A stretch of 64,000 bases of DNA from positions 18,803-82,802 of IMG/VR virus record IMGVR_UViG_3300045988_103544; one strand, given 5' to 3'. Positions 42,041 to 50,510 of this stretch are shown here, piece by piece. Below the pieces are notes generated by a model. It made no database searches. It saw only the letters and a list, made by a program, of their open reading frames with translations, and had not been told where the DNA came from. The translations under genes were made by a program, and so were the position numbers. Source of the DNA: a virus. The first letter of the stretch is position 1, and each line of letters starts with the position of its first letter.

Positions 42041-42181
42041 TATTTAATTAATTTATAATCACCAATTTCAAATCCTAGTTCTGTGGTATCTAAAGACCAA
42101 ACTTCAGGAAATATTATGAAACCATCAAATGAATGACACTCTATTTCTACGCTTGAGAAAAAATACCATTTACCTGTAATA

Positions 42182-42499
42182 CTACTTTGCCCACTCTGAA
42201 TCAATATTAAGAAGTCTGAACACGTATTTAATATTATCTATTATATCTGTGAAACTATCCTGAGTATTTAAATAAATAACATAAGCTAAACGAGCCATTT
42301 CAGGAGTTTCAAAAGCAAGATTACATATAGTTCCATGATCGCCATTCTCATATTTATCACTTGGTTTAATAGAATATCCAAGTTCATTCTTCTTAATAGT
42401 GTACTCGGGACCTTTATTAAGTCTCTTTTGTAATGCATTATACATTACATTTTGTTCTCCTGGACTTAGTGAATCAATAATTTTATTTATATCCTTCAT
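42182..42499 (-). CDS. hypothetical protein (105 aa)
   Basis: Minus ORF. Confidence 0.4.
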   Translation of the reverse strand: MKDINKIIDSLSPGEQNVMYNALQKRLNKGPEYTIKKNELGYSIKPSDKYENGDHGTICNLAFETPEMARLAYVIYLNTQDSFTDIIDNIKYVFRLLNIDSEWAK

Positions 42500-42590
42500 A
42501 TGTTAATGTGTTATTTAATTAAACAAAAAGAGCCTAATTAGATTAACTAATTAGACTCTTTAAAATAGAATAATATAATAAAAGAAATAG

Positions 42591-42663
42591 TGGGCTCGCC
42601 CGGGATTGAACCGAGAATAAGAGATTATGAGTCTCCCGTTTTAACCGATTGAACTACAAGCCC
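42591..42663 (-). tRNA. tRNA-Met/Ile2 (anticodon CAT), copy 2
   Basis: Acceptor GGGCTTG/CGAGCCC, anticodon stem GGAGA/TCTCT, loop CTCATAA, T-arm CTCGG-TTCAATC-CCGGG. Confidence 0.6.
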
Positions 42664-42667
42664 GAAG

Positions 42668-42738
42668 ATGTGTCTGAGGGTCGTTAATCCTCCCCTTTCT
42701 CAGTCAAGAGAACGTTGCAACTTGCCACTAAGACACAC
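42668..42738 (-). ncRNA. tRNA-like element, non-canonical (6-nt anticodon-type loop TTGACT)
   Basis: 7-bp acceptor-like pairing TGTGTCT/AGACACA and stem TTCTC/GAGAA, but aberrant D and T arms. Confidence 0.25.
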
Positions 42739-42866
42739 TGTTTTTGAGTTTTTGTAAGTCCTCCGACTTATTAAAGTTTTCGCATAATTTTGATAAGAGC
42801 TCTACTTTCACAAGCAAAGCTCTTTTATTTTTAATAAATTAAAAGTTAAGATAATGATAGAAAAAG

Positions 42867-42944
42867 GAAATGTGGACAGATTTGAACTGTCAACCTTTGA
42901 GCTTTAACCCAACGCTCTACCCACTGGACTTGAGCTACACATTT
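42867..42944 (-). ncRNA. tRNA-like element with 6-nt anticodon loop (TTAAAG) and 14-nt D-loop
   Basis: Acceptor AAATGTG/CACATTT, D-stem GCTC/GAGC, T-arm GACAG-TTCAAAT-CTGTC; anticodon arm non-canonical. Confidence 0.3.
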
Positions 42945-43149
42945 CTATTTATACTAGTATTGCTATATAGCCTTATTTAAAAACTCATACTACTTTCGCA
43001 AGCAGTTTGAGTTTAAAAAAAAGATAAAATCTTTTACAAAACGAAAATTTTACATTACTTATAAATTTTCACAAATTCACAGTAATTATGAATGATTTTA
43101 ATTTTTCAAAACATAATAAATAATCAATTATGTAGCTCAGACAAGCTAA

Positions 43150-43254
43150 CTTAAACAAAAGGATTCGAACCTTTAATCCTCAAGAAATATTTAACGACGA
43201 CTTTAGAGGCGCTTCCGTCAATCTACTGCCGTATACCAATTCCGCCATATTTAA
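43150..43254 (-). ncRNA. 104-nt tRNA-like element carrying a CCTCTAAAG (CUCUAAA) loop motif
   Basis: Canonical T-arm AAAGG-TTCGAAT-CCTTT and 7-bp terminal pairing TTAAATA/TGTTTAA, but too long and no canonical anticodon stem. TTAAATA occurs twice, suggesting insertion/duplication. Confidence 0.25.
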
Positions 43255-43339
43255 TTAGCTTATAATCTGAACTATATTAATTTTATGAGAATTAGCATTA
43301 CCCGAATAGCACCACGTGGAGGTTTCTCATTTGCTATTC

Positions 43340-43423
43340 TAGCTCAGACGGGACTCGAACCCGTACGGACACATGTCCAATGGTGTTTAAGACCATCTCC
43401 TATACCAATTCGGATACTGAGCC
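43340..43423 (-). tRNA. tRNA-Leu (anticodon TAA), class II
   Basis: Acceptor GGCTCAG/CTGAGCT, anticodon stem ATGGT/ACCAT, loop CTTAAAC, long variable arm GGACA..TGTCC, T-arm ACGGG-TTCGAGT-CCCGT. Confidence 0.75.
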
Positions 43424-43428
43424 AAAGA

Positions 43429-43460
43429 GCAACTAATTATCTGCTAGTTGCCAACAATAT
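43429..43460. repeat. 32-nt repeated hairpin element (copy 1) immediately 5' of tRNA-Leu
   Basis: GCAACTAATTATCTGCTAGTTGCCAACAATAT, identical at 46626-46657; 7-bp stem GCAACTA/TAGTTGC. Confidence 0.6.
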
Positions 43461-43490
43461 TTATTTTATAAACCTTAAACTATTATGGTA

Positions 43491-43850
43491 CTACAATTGT
43501 TTTAACATGTTTGTAGCTATATGTAATGAAATATCCACAGTTGTATGAATATCATCATTTAATTTTAAGATATATGTATTGTTTTCATCATTCTTTCTAG
43601 TTATTTCAGATATGTATTTATGATTTATCAAAAATCCTTGTGTTGCAAGAATAAAATCAATACATAAAACATGTGTAATATCTTTTAATGAACAACACAC
43701 ATCAGTTTTATAGCCATGAACATCTATTATAGTACTATATTTACCAGATGTTTTTATACATACAATGTCATTTATGTTTATCTGTCTGTACTCTCGTCCC
43801 TTAAACACTAAAAATGTATCAGAGTCAATCTGTATTGTTTTTATTTCCAT
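43491..43850 (-). CDS. hypothetical protein (119 aa)
   Basis: Minus ORF. Confidence 0.4.
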   Translation of the reverse strand: MEIKTIQIDSDTFLVFKGREYRQININDIVCIKTSGKYSTIIDVHGYKTDVCCSLKDITHVLCIDFILATQGFLINHKYISEITRKNDENNTYILKLNDDIHTTVDISLHIATNMLKQL

Positions 43851-43855
43851 ATCTC

Positions 43856-44245
43856 TTAACCCATAATAAAACGAGCATCTACAATATTTTCAGGATGATA
43901 AATAGTCTTAATTAATCCTTCCATTACCCATTTTACAACATCAGAATGTTTAACTCCACTTTTAAGTTCATGGTAAAACATTAAATCATAAGCTTCTCCA
44001 CTTTTAAAAGTTACTTTGATTTTAAATGTAGGTTTTTCATCATTTCTAATAAGTTCGTCCATTTCTTCATCAGTTACCATGTAACTGAACAGGGAATTAG
44101 AAAGATGTTCTTTTTCGTACTTCTTTTCAAGTTCAGTTAAGTTTAACTTTGCACACTTGAGTACATGTTTACAATCAAATTTCTTAGCATTTTCTATTTG
44201 TGCTATTAAATTGGTTTTACTAATAAAATAATCTTGTCTTGTCAT
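43856..44245 (-). CDS. hypothetical protein (129 aa)
   Basis: Minus ORF. Confidence 0.4.
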   Translation of the reverse strand: MTRQDYFISKTNLIAQIENAKKFDCKHVLKCAKLNLTELEKKYEKEHLSNSLFSYMVTDEEMDELIRNDEKPTFKIKVTFKSGEAYDLMFYHELKSGVKHSDVVKWVMEGLIKTIYHPENIVDARFIMG

Positions 44246-44436
44246 AATTTATCTATAATTAATGTGTTAATAATCTATTTAAATAATAGGCGATTTTCAC
44301 TGGTTATATTTAAACTATTCCATTGTCCTCAGCTATCTAACGTTCTTTCTCTTTTTAACCCAAATGATTAATTTTAAGGTAATTACGCTATTTAATAGAG
44401 TTACTGAGAGTTGTTTAGTACCTATTTATTAATTAG

Positions 44437-44509
44437 TAGAGGATGGCAGAGTCGGACTGCCTATTAGGAATCCAAAGTTCCTCGTGTGAAGCCGTTACAC
44501 TAATCCTCC
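44437..44509 (-). tRNA. tRNA-Gln (anticodon TTG)
   Basis: Acceptor GGAGGAT/ATCCTCT, D-stem GTGT/ACAC, anticodon stem AGGAA/TTCCT, loop CTTTGGA, T-arm GGCAG-TCCGACT-CTGCC. Confidence 0.7.
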
Positions 44510-44563
44510 GAATAAAATACTATTCTCACGAACCATATTTTATAATTACAAGTATGAATAAAG

Positions 44564-44644
44564 CGGAGAAAGAAGGATTCGAACCTCCGAGCCATGACTA
44601 ACACCTTAGCAGGGTGCCACTTTCGACCACTCAGTCATTTCTCC
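44564..44644 (-). tRNA. tRNA-Ser (anticodon GCT), class II
   Basis: Acceptor GGAGAAA/TTTCTCC, anticodon loop CTGCTAA, long variable arm, T-arm GGAGG-TTCGAAT-CCTTC. Confidence 0.7.
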
Positions 44645-44757
44645 AATAAAGCTTCCTATCTTCACAGACAAGAAGCCTAACAACTCTTTAACGTTATAAA
44701 GTCCGCTGACTTTATATTTTAAACATTAATCGTATTAGTTTTTTAAATATGGAAGAG

Positions 44758-44791
44758 TAGCACTAGCGATGCTTGAAATCGCCTTTCCACT
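44758..44791 (-). tRNA. 3' half (anticodon-stem 3' strand, T-arm, acceptor 3' strand) of a tRNA gene split by the HNH insertion
   Basis: AGTGG-AAAG-GCGAT-TTCAAGC-ATCGC-TAGTGCT-A; pairs with the 5' half at 45542-45575. Confidence 0.45.
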
Positions 44792-45498
44792 TATTTATTT
44801 TCTAATATTAATTCTCTTAATTCTTTTTTAGTATGGGGTATACCATAATTTTTACACCATTTTCCAATGGTATTATCAGTAACTCCATACATTTCCCCTA
44901 TTTTAGTGAAAGGGTATTCTTTTATTAAACTTAATAGTTTTTCTTTATCAGGTCTATCTTTAGGATCTACTTTAAATTGGTTTCTGTGTTTTACAGCACA
45001 TTTTATACAGTATGTAGAACCTCTAGATATTTCTTTTCCACAATCTTTACAATAGTTTATATTTTTTAATTTTTTAGTACCCCAATTATCAGTTTGAGAA
45101 TGACAATTTGGACATAATATCTATAAGTTCTCTAATCTATTATCATCATGTTTACCATTAATATGATGTAATTGATAAGAGATAGGATTATCTAACCAAT
45201 ATCCATTCTTACAAGGACATTTAGGATTTTCACATTCATTCTTTTTAAGACCTTCTTTAATTAGTCTCTTTAAAAGATTGCTAGATTTATAATTACATCC
45301 ATCTACTAAAATATCTTCTAAGCTTTTAGCTTTTACTATATCTCTTTTATTTAGAAAGTGATATTGTATTCCGTAACTATTTAAAGTTTCTTCTAAAACT
45401 TTTATAGCTGAACCGGAAACTGATTTACCTAGATGCCTTAATACATCACTTAAACTTGTAGATTTATTTACAATTTCCTATAATTCTTCTTTACTCAA
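44791..45498 (-). CDS. HNH homing endonuclease, paralog of 54798-55616; uses TAG as a sense codon (2 in-frame TAG); probable TTG start
   Basis: Continuous frame ...KLSKEEL(TAG)EIVNKSTSLSDVL...SYQLHHINGKHDDNRLENL(TAG)ILCPNCHSQTDNWGTKK... ending TAA. The second TAG sits where the paralog has ENLRFLCPNCH and many HNH proteins have ENLQ. No long ORF in the track here. Confidence 0.6.
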
Positions 45499-45541
45499 TT
45501 TATTATTAATTTAATTATTGTTTAATATAATATCTTTTAAA

Positions 45542-45575
45542 TAAGTGGCGTCCTAACCAGCTAGACGATAGTGCC
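45542..45575 (-). tRNA. 5' half (acceptor, D-arm, anticodon-stem 5' strand) of the split tRNA gene
   Basis: GGCACTA-TC-GTCT-AGCTGGTTA-GGAC-G-CCACT. Acceptor GGCACTA pairs with TAGTGCT and anticodon stem CCACT with AGTGG in the 3' half ~770 nt away. Confidence 0.45.
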
Positions 45576-45640
45576 AAGTAGATTCTCTATCTTCACAGAC
45601 TGAAAATCTCGTGTATTACAAATGAATACTTTTAATAAAT

Positions 45641-45714
45641 TAAAAATTAATGGTGCTCTCTGACAGTACTGACCTGTCTTCCCGAAATTAAAAGTTTCGT
45701 GCTTCACCTTAAAG
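45641..45714 (-). tRNA. tRNA-Lys (anticodon TTT), CCA encoded
   Basis: Acceptor GCTCTCT/AGAGAGC-A-CCA, anticodon stem CGAAA/TTTCG, loop CTTTTAA, T-arm GACAG-GTCAGTA-CTGTC. Confidence 0.65.
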
Positions 45715-45770
45715 CTTAGAGAGCTAATTTATAATCTTATTTTGCATAAGAATTTTATTCTTGTATATAG

Positions 45771-45840
45771 TGGAGATACGTGGAATCGAACCACAATCTC
45801 AGGATTTTCATCGTGCTCTAACCTTTTGAGCTATATCTCC
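45771..45840 (-). ncRNA. tRNA-like element (70 nt) with canonical acceptor, D and T arms but no foldable anticodon arm
   Basis: GGAGATA/TATCTCC acceptor, GCTC/GAGC D-stem, T-arm TGTGG-TTCGATT-CCACG; middle ACGATGAAAATCCTGAGAT does not form a 5-bp stem/7-nt loop. Confidence 0.3.
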
Positions 45841-45948
45841 ATAGCCCACATTTCTATAAAGGAGAATAGTGGTAACACCTACCTATACTAATAAATTTAT
45901 TAGTCAGGATTTATCTAAACACACTAACAATATATCAAATTAAATTTG

Positions 45949-46032
45949 TACGGTAGAAAGGATTCGAACCAATGACCTTCTCGAAATGACCTATTATAAA
46001 AAGAGATGCTCTAACCACTGAGCTACTACCGT
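45949..46032 (-). ncRNA. tRNA-like element (84 nt) with enlarged 20-nt anticodon-region loop
   Basis: ACGGTAG/CTACCGT acceptor, GCTC-AGTGGTTA-GAGC D-arm, T-arm ATTGG-TTCGAAT-CCTTT; central stem TCTC/GAGA encloses TTTTTATAATAGGTCATTTC. Confidence 0.35.
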
Positions 46033-46087
46033 AAGTACTAGTTTATATCGGAAAACTAGTAAAACGTTAACACATTATTATGGAAAC

Positions 46088-46486
46088 TTAAAAGCCGAAT
46101 GAAAACATGGTATCTGCGGAAGTACTAAGAGTTACGTAAGGAATTTTATTTCTTACTGTAATAAAGACAATAAAGCGTCTTCCTGTATTAACCTCTCCGC
46201 AATTATGGATTTCTACTCCATCCTTCATTTCAGAAGAGTATATTTTTAATACCATTTTACCAAACTTACTATTACTAAAAGTAATAGTTTTTCTAGCTTC
46301 ATTATATACTACTGAAGTTTTAATATATAATGGGTCACTCCATTCACCATCTTGATAAACAGTGATAGAACCATAATTAAACGCATGAGCTATTGTAGTT
46401 AATACAATAAAACTCATTAATAAAATAATCTTTTTCATATTACTCAATCTTTTTAATGTTAGTACGGAGTAAAGGATTCGAACCAA
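46088..46486 (-). CDS. secreted hypothetical protein (132 aa)
   Basis: Signal peptide MKKIILLMSFIVLTTIAHA. Confidence 0.45.
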   Translation of the reverse strand: MVRILYSVLTLKRLSNMKKIILLMSFIVLTTIAHAFNYGSITVYQDGEWSDPLYIKTSVVYNEARKTITFSNSKFGKMVLKIYSSEMKDGVEIHNCGEVNTGRRFIVFITVRNKIPYVTLSTSADTMFSFGF

Positions 46487-46543
46487 TATAACCTCTCTAT
46501 GAATTGTGGAAATGAGGCGCTCTAGCCATTAAGCTAACTCCGC
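46463..46543 (-). ncRNA. tRNA-like element (81 nt) with enlarged 20-nt anticodon-region loop
   Basis: GCGGAGT/ACTCCGT acceptor, D-stem GCTT/GAGC, same unusual T-arm ATTGG-TTCGAAT-CCTTT; stem GCCTC/GAGGT encloses ATTTCCACAATTCATAGAGA. Confidence 0.35.
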
Positions 46544-46548
46544 ATGTG

Positions 46549-46621
46549 TGGTCCTGGTGAGAATCTAACTCACGACCCGGAATTTAGAAGATTCCTGCTC
46601 TATACACTGAGCTACAGGACC
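46549..46621 (-). tRNA. tRNA-Arg (anticodon TCT)
   Basis: Acceptor GGTCCTG/CAGGACC, D-arm GCTC-AGTGTATA-GAGC, anticodon stem GGAAT/ATTCC, loop CTTCTAA, T-arm GTGAG-TTAGATT-CTCAC. Confidence 0.75.
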
Positions 46622-46625
46622 AAGT

Positions 46626-46657
46626 GCAACTAATTATCTGCTAGTTGCCAACAATAT
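46626..46657. repeat. 32-nt repeated hairpin element (copy 2) immediately 5' of tRNA-Arg
   Basis: Identical to 43429-43460. Confidence 0.6.
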
Positions 46658-47053
46658 ATATGAACTTTACAGAATTACTCTATTATTTCAGTTTCAGATA
46701 TACACCATTTACCATTAATTTTAACGGCTTCTACCTGTTTATTATTTACTGTCTCAAGAGATACTTTATTTTCTAAAGTTCTATTGAGAGAAATAATGTA
46801 TTTGTTAGCCTCTTCTTTAGAATTGACTACACGAGACTGAATGCTATTGTTAATAACATTATATATCTTTCTTAAAACTTTCATAATTATAATTTTTATA
46901 AAGTTAATAGCATATAGAGCATTGTTTCTCAACAACACTCTACTATAGTTTCAAATATCCATTGTAAAAGTAAAAATTTGTTAATTTCAAATTTTATAGT
47001 TTAAATCATCATATTTTGCAAATTTTAAACTTTAATACAATACATAGACAATT

Positions 47054-47569
47054 TTATAGTATGTCTGCAATATCCACATCATCATCTCCTGGATCTGGAT
47101 AATCTTCAATATCACATGTTGTATCATCCTCATTATATTTTGAATGATAAGCAATGTGCTCTAACTTATTAATAATATTGTTTACTTTAGCTAATCTATT
47201 ATAAGTAGAATCCAAAGCCTGATTTAAAGCATTTGCAATAACTTTACACATAGTATGCATAGCTTTATCTCTTACAATTCGATTAGCTACTACCTGGTCG
47301 TCCTTATCATTTTTACTTAAAGTAATTTTAGAAACGACTGTTACAGTAGAATTATCAACAGTAAGTCCCCAAGAAGCAAGATTTTTAATGAAAATCTTTC
47401 TTTCTTTAGAAGTCGCAATTTTAAGGAATATAGAAGTATCAGCACTTGAAACTTTTATATTAGCTCCTTCTAAGTAATCCATTATATACTCTAAATCACA
47501 AGACATAGTACAAAACGTACTGTTACCAACTCTTTCAATGCTGTACTTTACTTTCTTAATTGTCTGCAT
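47054..47569 (-). CDS. hypothetical protein (171 aa)
   Basis: Minus ORF. Confidence 0.45.
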   Translation of the reverse strand: MQTIKKVKYSIERVGNSTFCTMSCDLEYIMDYLEGANIKVSSADTSIFLKIATSKERKIFIKNLASWGLTVDNSTVTVVSKITLSKNDKDDQVVANRIVRDKAMHTMCKVIANALNQALDSTYNRLAKVNNIINKLEHIAYHSKYNEDDTTCDIEDYPDPGDDDVDIADIL

Positions 47570-47951
47570 TTTCTTTCGTTTTAGATTGTTTGAACAATTT
47601 AATGATGCCTTTTAAAGCATATTCTGGAACATTTCCACAAAGGCATCCACCATTTACATACAGTTTAATATTACCATAAGTAAATTTAGTAATCTCAAGA
47701 TTTCCTTCAGCGCCATTAGATTCATTCTCTAACCATACTGGAAAATCTTTCCACTCATCTACAGTTAATGACTCATCAATAACTGAATGTTCTTCAATAG
47801 TTGGTTTCAGAGCTTTAAAATGCTTTAAGACTAAAGTCTTATGCACTGAATCAGCAAACTCTAGTTTCTTTGGGTTCTTGCTAAGAAAGAAGTAATCTTC
47901 ACCAATCTTAGCCACAACATTTTTCTGTTTAACATTAAATAATAATTCCAT
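47556..47951 (-). CDS. hypothetical protein (131 aa)
   Basis: Minus ORF. Confidence 0.4.
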   Translation of the reverse strand: MELLFNVKQKNVVAKIGEDYFFLSKNPKKLEFADSVHKTLVLKHFKALKPTIEEHSVIDESLTVDEWKDFPVWLENESNGAEGNLEITKFTYGNIKLYVNGGCLCGNVPEYALKGIIKLFKQSKTKENADN

Positions 47952-47962
47952 AATTTTTAAAA

Positions 47963-48361
47963 TTAATAGTTATATCTATCTAGTTCAAGATTAACTTCAG
48001 AAATTAATCTAGATTTATATGTAGCTAATGCTGTTTTATAAGTTTCAGAGTCAGCTTCATAATGACCTTCGATATATTCTAAAGTTTCCTCTTTGAACAT
48101 TACAGTTTTAGATGATAAGTTATCTGATAGAAATACTATTCCATCAGATGTCAAAGATTTACTCCTAGTAAATCCTTTATTATACATATTAATATGTATA
48201 TACAAACAATCGTAGAGACTTAAAGCATTGTTTATATTGCTTCTTATATCTCTTAGCTGATTAAGTTTTACTTGTTTTATTACTTTATTATGACTGGCAA
48301 TAATCCAAATCACACATAGAATAAAAGCAAGTATAACAATTCCTAGCAAACCTTTATCCAT
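47963..48361 (-). CDS. membrane-anchored hypothetical protein (132 aa)
   Basis: N-terminal TM helix LLGIVILAFILCVIWIIA. Confidence 0.4.
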   Translation of the reverse strand: MDKGLLGIVILAFILCVIWIIASHNKVIKQVKLNQLRDIRSNINNALSLYDCLYIHINMYNKGFTRSKSLTSDGIVFLSDNLSSKTVMFKEETLEYIEGHYEADSETYKTALATYKSRLISEVNLELDRYNY

Positions 48362-48713
48362 ATATTCTTGGTTCTGTATTAATGTTTTTAGAACTCATAT
48401 ATTGGTAAAGCCATTTAACATTATTTACAACAAAAGTGTTACCTTTTATATCTGTAAATAATATTTTCTTGTACTTATCCATAATCAGTCCCGATAATAC
48501 TAACAAAGGATTTCTAATATATGCTGCAAATGTTCCTCCCTTTATACTTTCTCCAGAAATAATTCTTAATGTATTATTAAGATATTGATATTTCTTATTG
48601 AAAGCATTAGCATAGTTAGCATGTGTAGTCTTAGAAATATTGTACTCTGCATCAATCTGTGCTGAGAGCATTATTACTAATTCTCCCAGAGTATTGTGAT
48701 TCATTGTCACCAT
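48354..48713 (-). CDS. hypothetical protein (119 aa)
   Basis: Minus ORF. Confidence 0.4.
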   Translation of the reverse strand: MVTMNHNTLGELVIMLSAQIDAEYNISKTTHANYANAFNKKYQYLNNTLRIISGESIKGGTFAAYIRNPLLVLSGLIMDKYKKILFTDIKGNTFVVNNVKWLYQYMSSKNINTEPRIYG

Positions 48714-49149
48714 TGATAAATTCCTCCCAAAGATAATTGTGCTTGTAATGTTTCTAAGTCACTCTTGATTGGAAGTTCTTTACCATGAATAGCTTTGTAC
48801 TCCTTACTTACTTGTGCAATAGTTTTCTTTTTAGAAAAGACTAATGCTGTAATCTTAATAATGTCTTTTGTCTCCATTTTTTTTTAAACTATTTAATTAT
48901 TAATAATGTGCCATCACCTTTCTCATTAAGAGTCTGCTACTTTGGATATGCAGGATGTAGGTTTACACTAGAGCTCTATCTATCACAGACCGAACTAGCG
49001 AAAATGATCTAAACTGTATATTGTTGATAACTATTTTATTTTAAAAATACATAAGTCTTGTCTTATGATTAACCAATTTTCTTTCCAAGATGTCAACTAT
49101 TTATTATACTCTATAGTACTAGAGTGCAGAGATTATCTTCATCTTTTAC

Positions 49150-49524
49150 TTAATAAACTTCACTTCTTAAAGATTCGTAACCTTCATACATTGGAAATTC
49201 TGAATTAAGAGTAATCTTAATAAAGACTTTGTCGTCGATAGTTACAAGTCCTACAGTTTTAATATTGCGATTACAATTATCAAAACTAGTACAAATAACT
49301 GTATTAGAGGTAAAATCTGCTACGCCTTTAAAACCCATATCAACAAGAACTTTACACATTGGTGTTAAGTAATAAATTTTACCTTCTTTAATAACACAAG
49401 AAGAAAATGGAATTACTCTATCACCAATGTGATAAGTTCTAGCATCATGATCTATTGTGAGAGCTTTACCGGCAAGACTCTCACAACCTGATACAATTTT
49501 TTTATTTAAGTTCCCTGTATTCAT
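49150..49524 (-). CDS. hypothetical protein (124 aa)
   Basis: Minus ORF. Confidence 0.4.
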   Translation of the reverse strand: MNTGNLNKKIVSGCESLAGKALTIDHDARTYHIGDRVIPFSSCVIKEGKIYYLTPMCKVLVDMGFKGVADFTSNTVICTSFDNCNRNIKTVGLVTIDDKVFIKITLNSEFPMYEGYESLRSEVY

Positions 49525-49963
49525 CTATTACATCAATTAAGTCTTGGAATGTATATTTTCCAATATCTGATTTATCTTCAACCCAATAAAGAGCTTTAGC
49601 AATCTGTTTGAGTTCAGACTTAGTTAATTCACCCAACTTATATTGCTGAATTTTTTTAACTAATCTTTGCATAGTACCATAAGCATTATAAGAGAAAGTA
49701 TGTTCTCCACCAGATTTTCTAGTGTATGTAATATATTTACTATCACAATACTTTACATCATCTGAATGTTTAATAAGACCATTAACACAAGCATTCATTT
49801 GAGCTTCCAAAGCTTCTACTATAATATTAGTATAAGCCTCAAATACTTCTTCTGCAAACTTCTTGAAATCTCTTTTTGATGGAGTTTCAGAGAAATTTAC
49901 TTTTTTAATAGGAATAGTCACAGAAATTGTATATTCCTTCTCATTTTGAAATACATTTATCAT
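49502..49963 (-). CDS. hypothetical protein (153 aa)
   Basis: Minus ORF. Confidence 0.4.
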   Translation of the reverse strand: MINVFQNEKEYTISVTIPIKKVNFSETPSKRDFKKFAEEVFEAYTNIIVEALEAQMNACVNGLIKHSDDVKYCDSKYITYTRKSGGEHTFSYNAYGTMQRLVKKIQQYKLGELTKSELKQIAKALYWVEDKSDIGKYTFQDLIDVIDEYRELK

Positions 49964-50045
49964 AAATTCATTTCTTTAAAATCATCGTATGCTATTTTAC
50001 TCATTCCTATAAGTAGAATAATTAAAATAATATTTTGTAAGAATA

Positions 50046-50510
50046 TCATAACTTATAATTATTTTGTTGGTATTCTGCTACTAATAACTTAGCATTATCT
50101 GCAAGTGCTATAATATTAGATTTTAACAATCTTTTATAAGCACATAAGACAATGTCATAGCATGTCTGTGTAGAATCATATGATTCTTCTTTACGATCTT
50201 CCCATTGTGCAATGGTTAAAGTATTAAGACCATAGATTCCTCCAATATAAACCTCATTTATTGTCATAAGGTTTATATCTTTAGTTCTAAACATTCCATA
50301 TTTATCTGGACCAAGGTTAGCATTACGAAACCCTTTACGCCAAATTCTTTTATGGAGTATCATACACTCAGATAGAGTATTGGCATTACCAATTTTAGTA
50401 AGCCAACACTCATAACTATTAACAAGACCTTGTTGAAGTTTATAATCTGCAACATTCTTGTTTAATTCCCTTTTATGAAAAATTTTATTCCAAATGTTGT
50501 ATTTCTTCAT
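50046..50510 (-). CDS. hypothetical protein (154 aa)
   Basis: Minus ORF. Confidence 0.4.
   Translation of the reverse strand: MKKYNIWNKIFHKRELNKNVADYKLQQGLVNSYECWLTKIGNANTLSECMILHKRIWRKGFRNANLGPDKYGMFRTKDINLMTINEVYIGGIYGLNTLTIAQWEDRKEESYDSTQTCYDIVLCAYKRLLKSNIIALADNAKLLVAEYQQNNYKL

Noticed and set aside
27428-42663. The two CAT-anticodon tRNAs as a simple duplicate pair
   Set aside because: The sequences differ throughout (different acceptor and anticodon stems). More likely distinct initiator/elongator Met or Ile2 (lysidine) species; cannot be distinguished by eye
43340-43423. tRNA-Leu anticodon TAA as an ochre suppressor
   Set aside because: Anticodon UAA reads UUA/UUG Leu codons; an ochre suppressor would need UUA. 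TAA is clearly used as a terminator throughout
43285-43548. Plus-strand ORF of 87 aa
   Set aside because: Overlaps tRNA-Leu(TAA) and the repeated hairpin element; spurious
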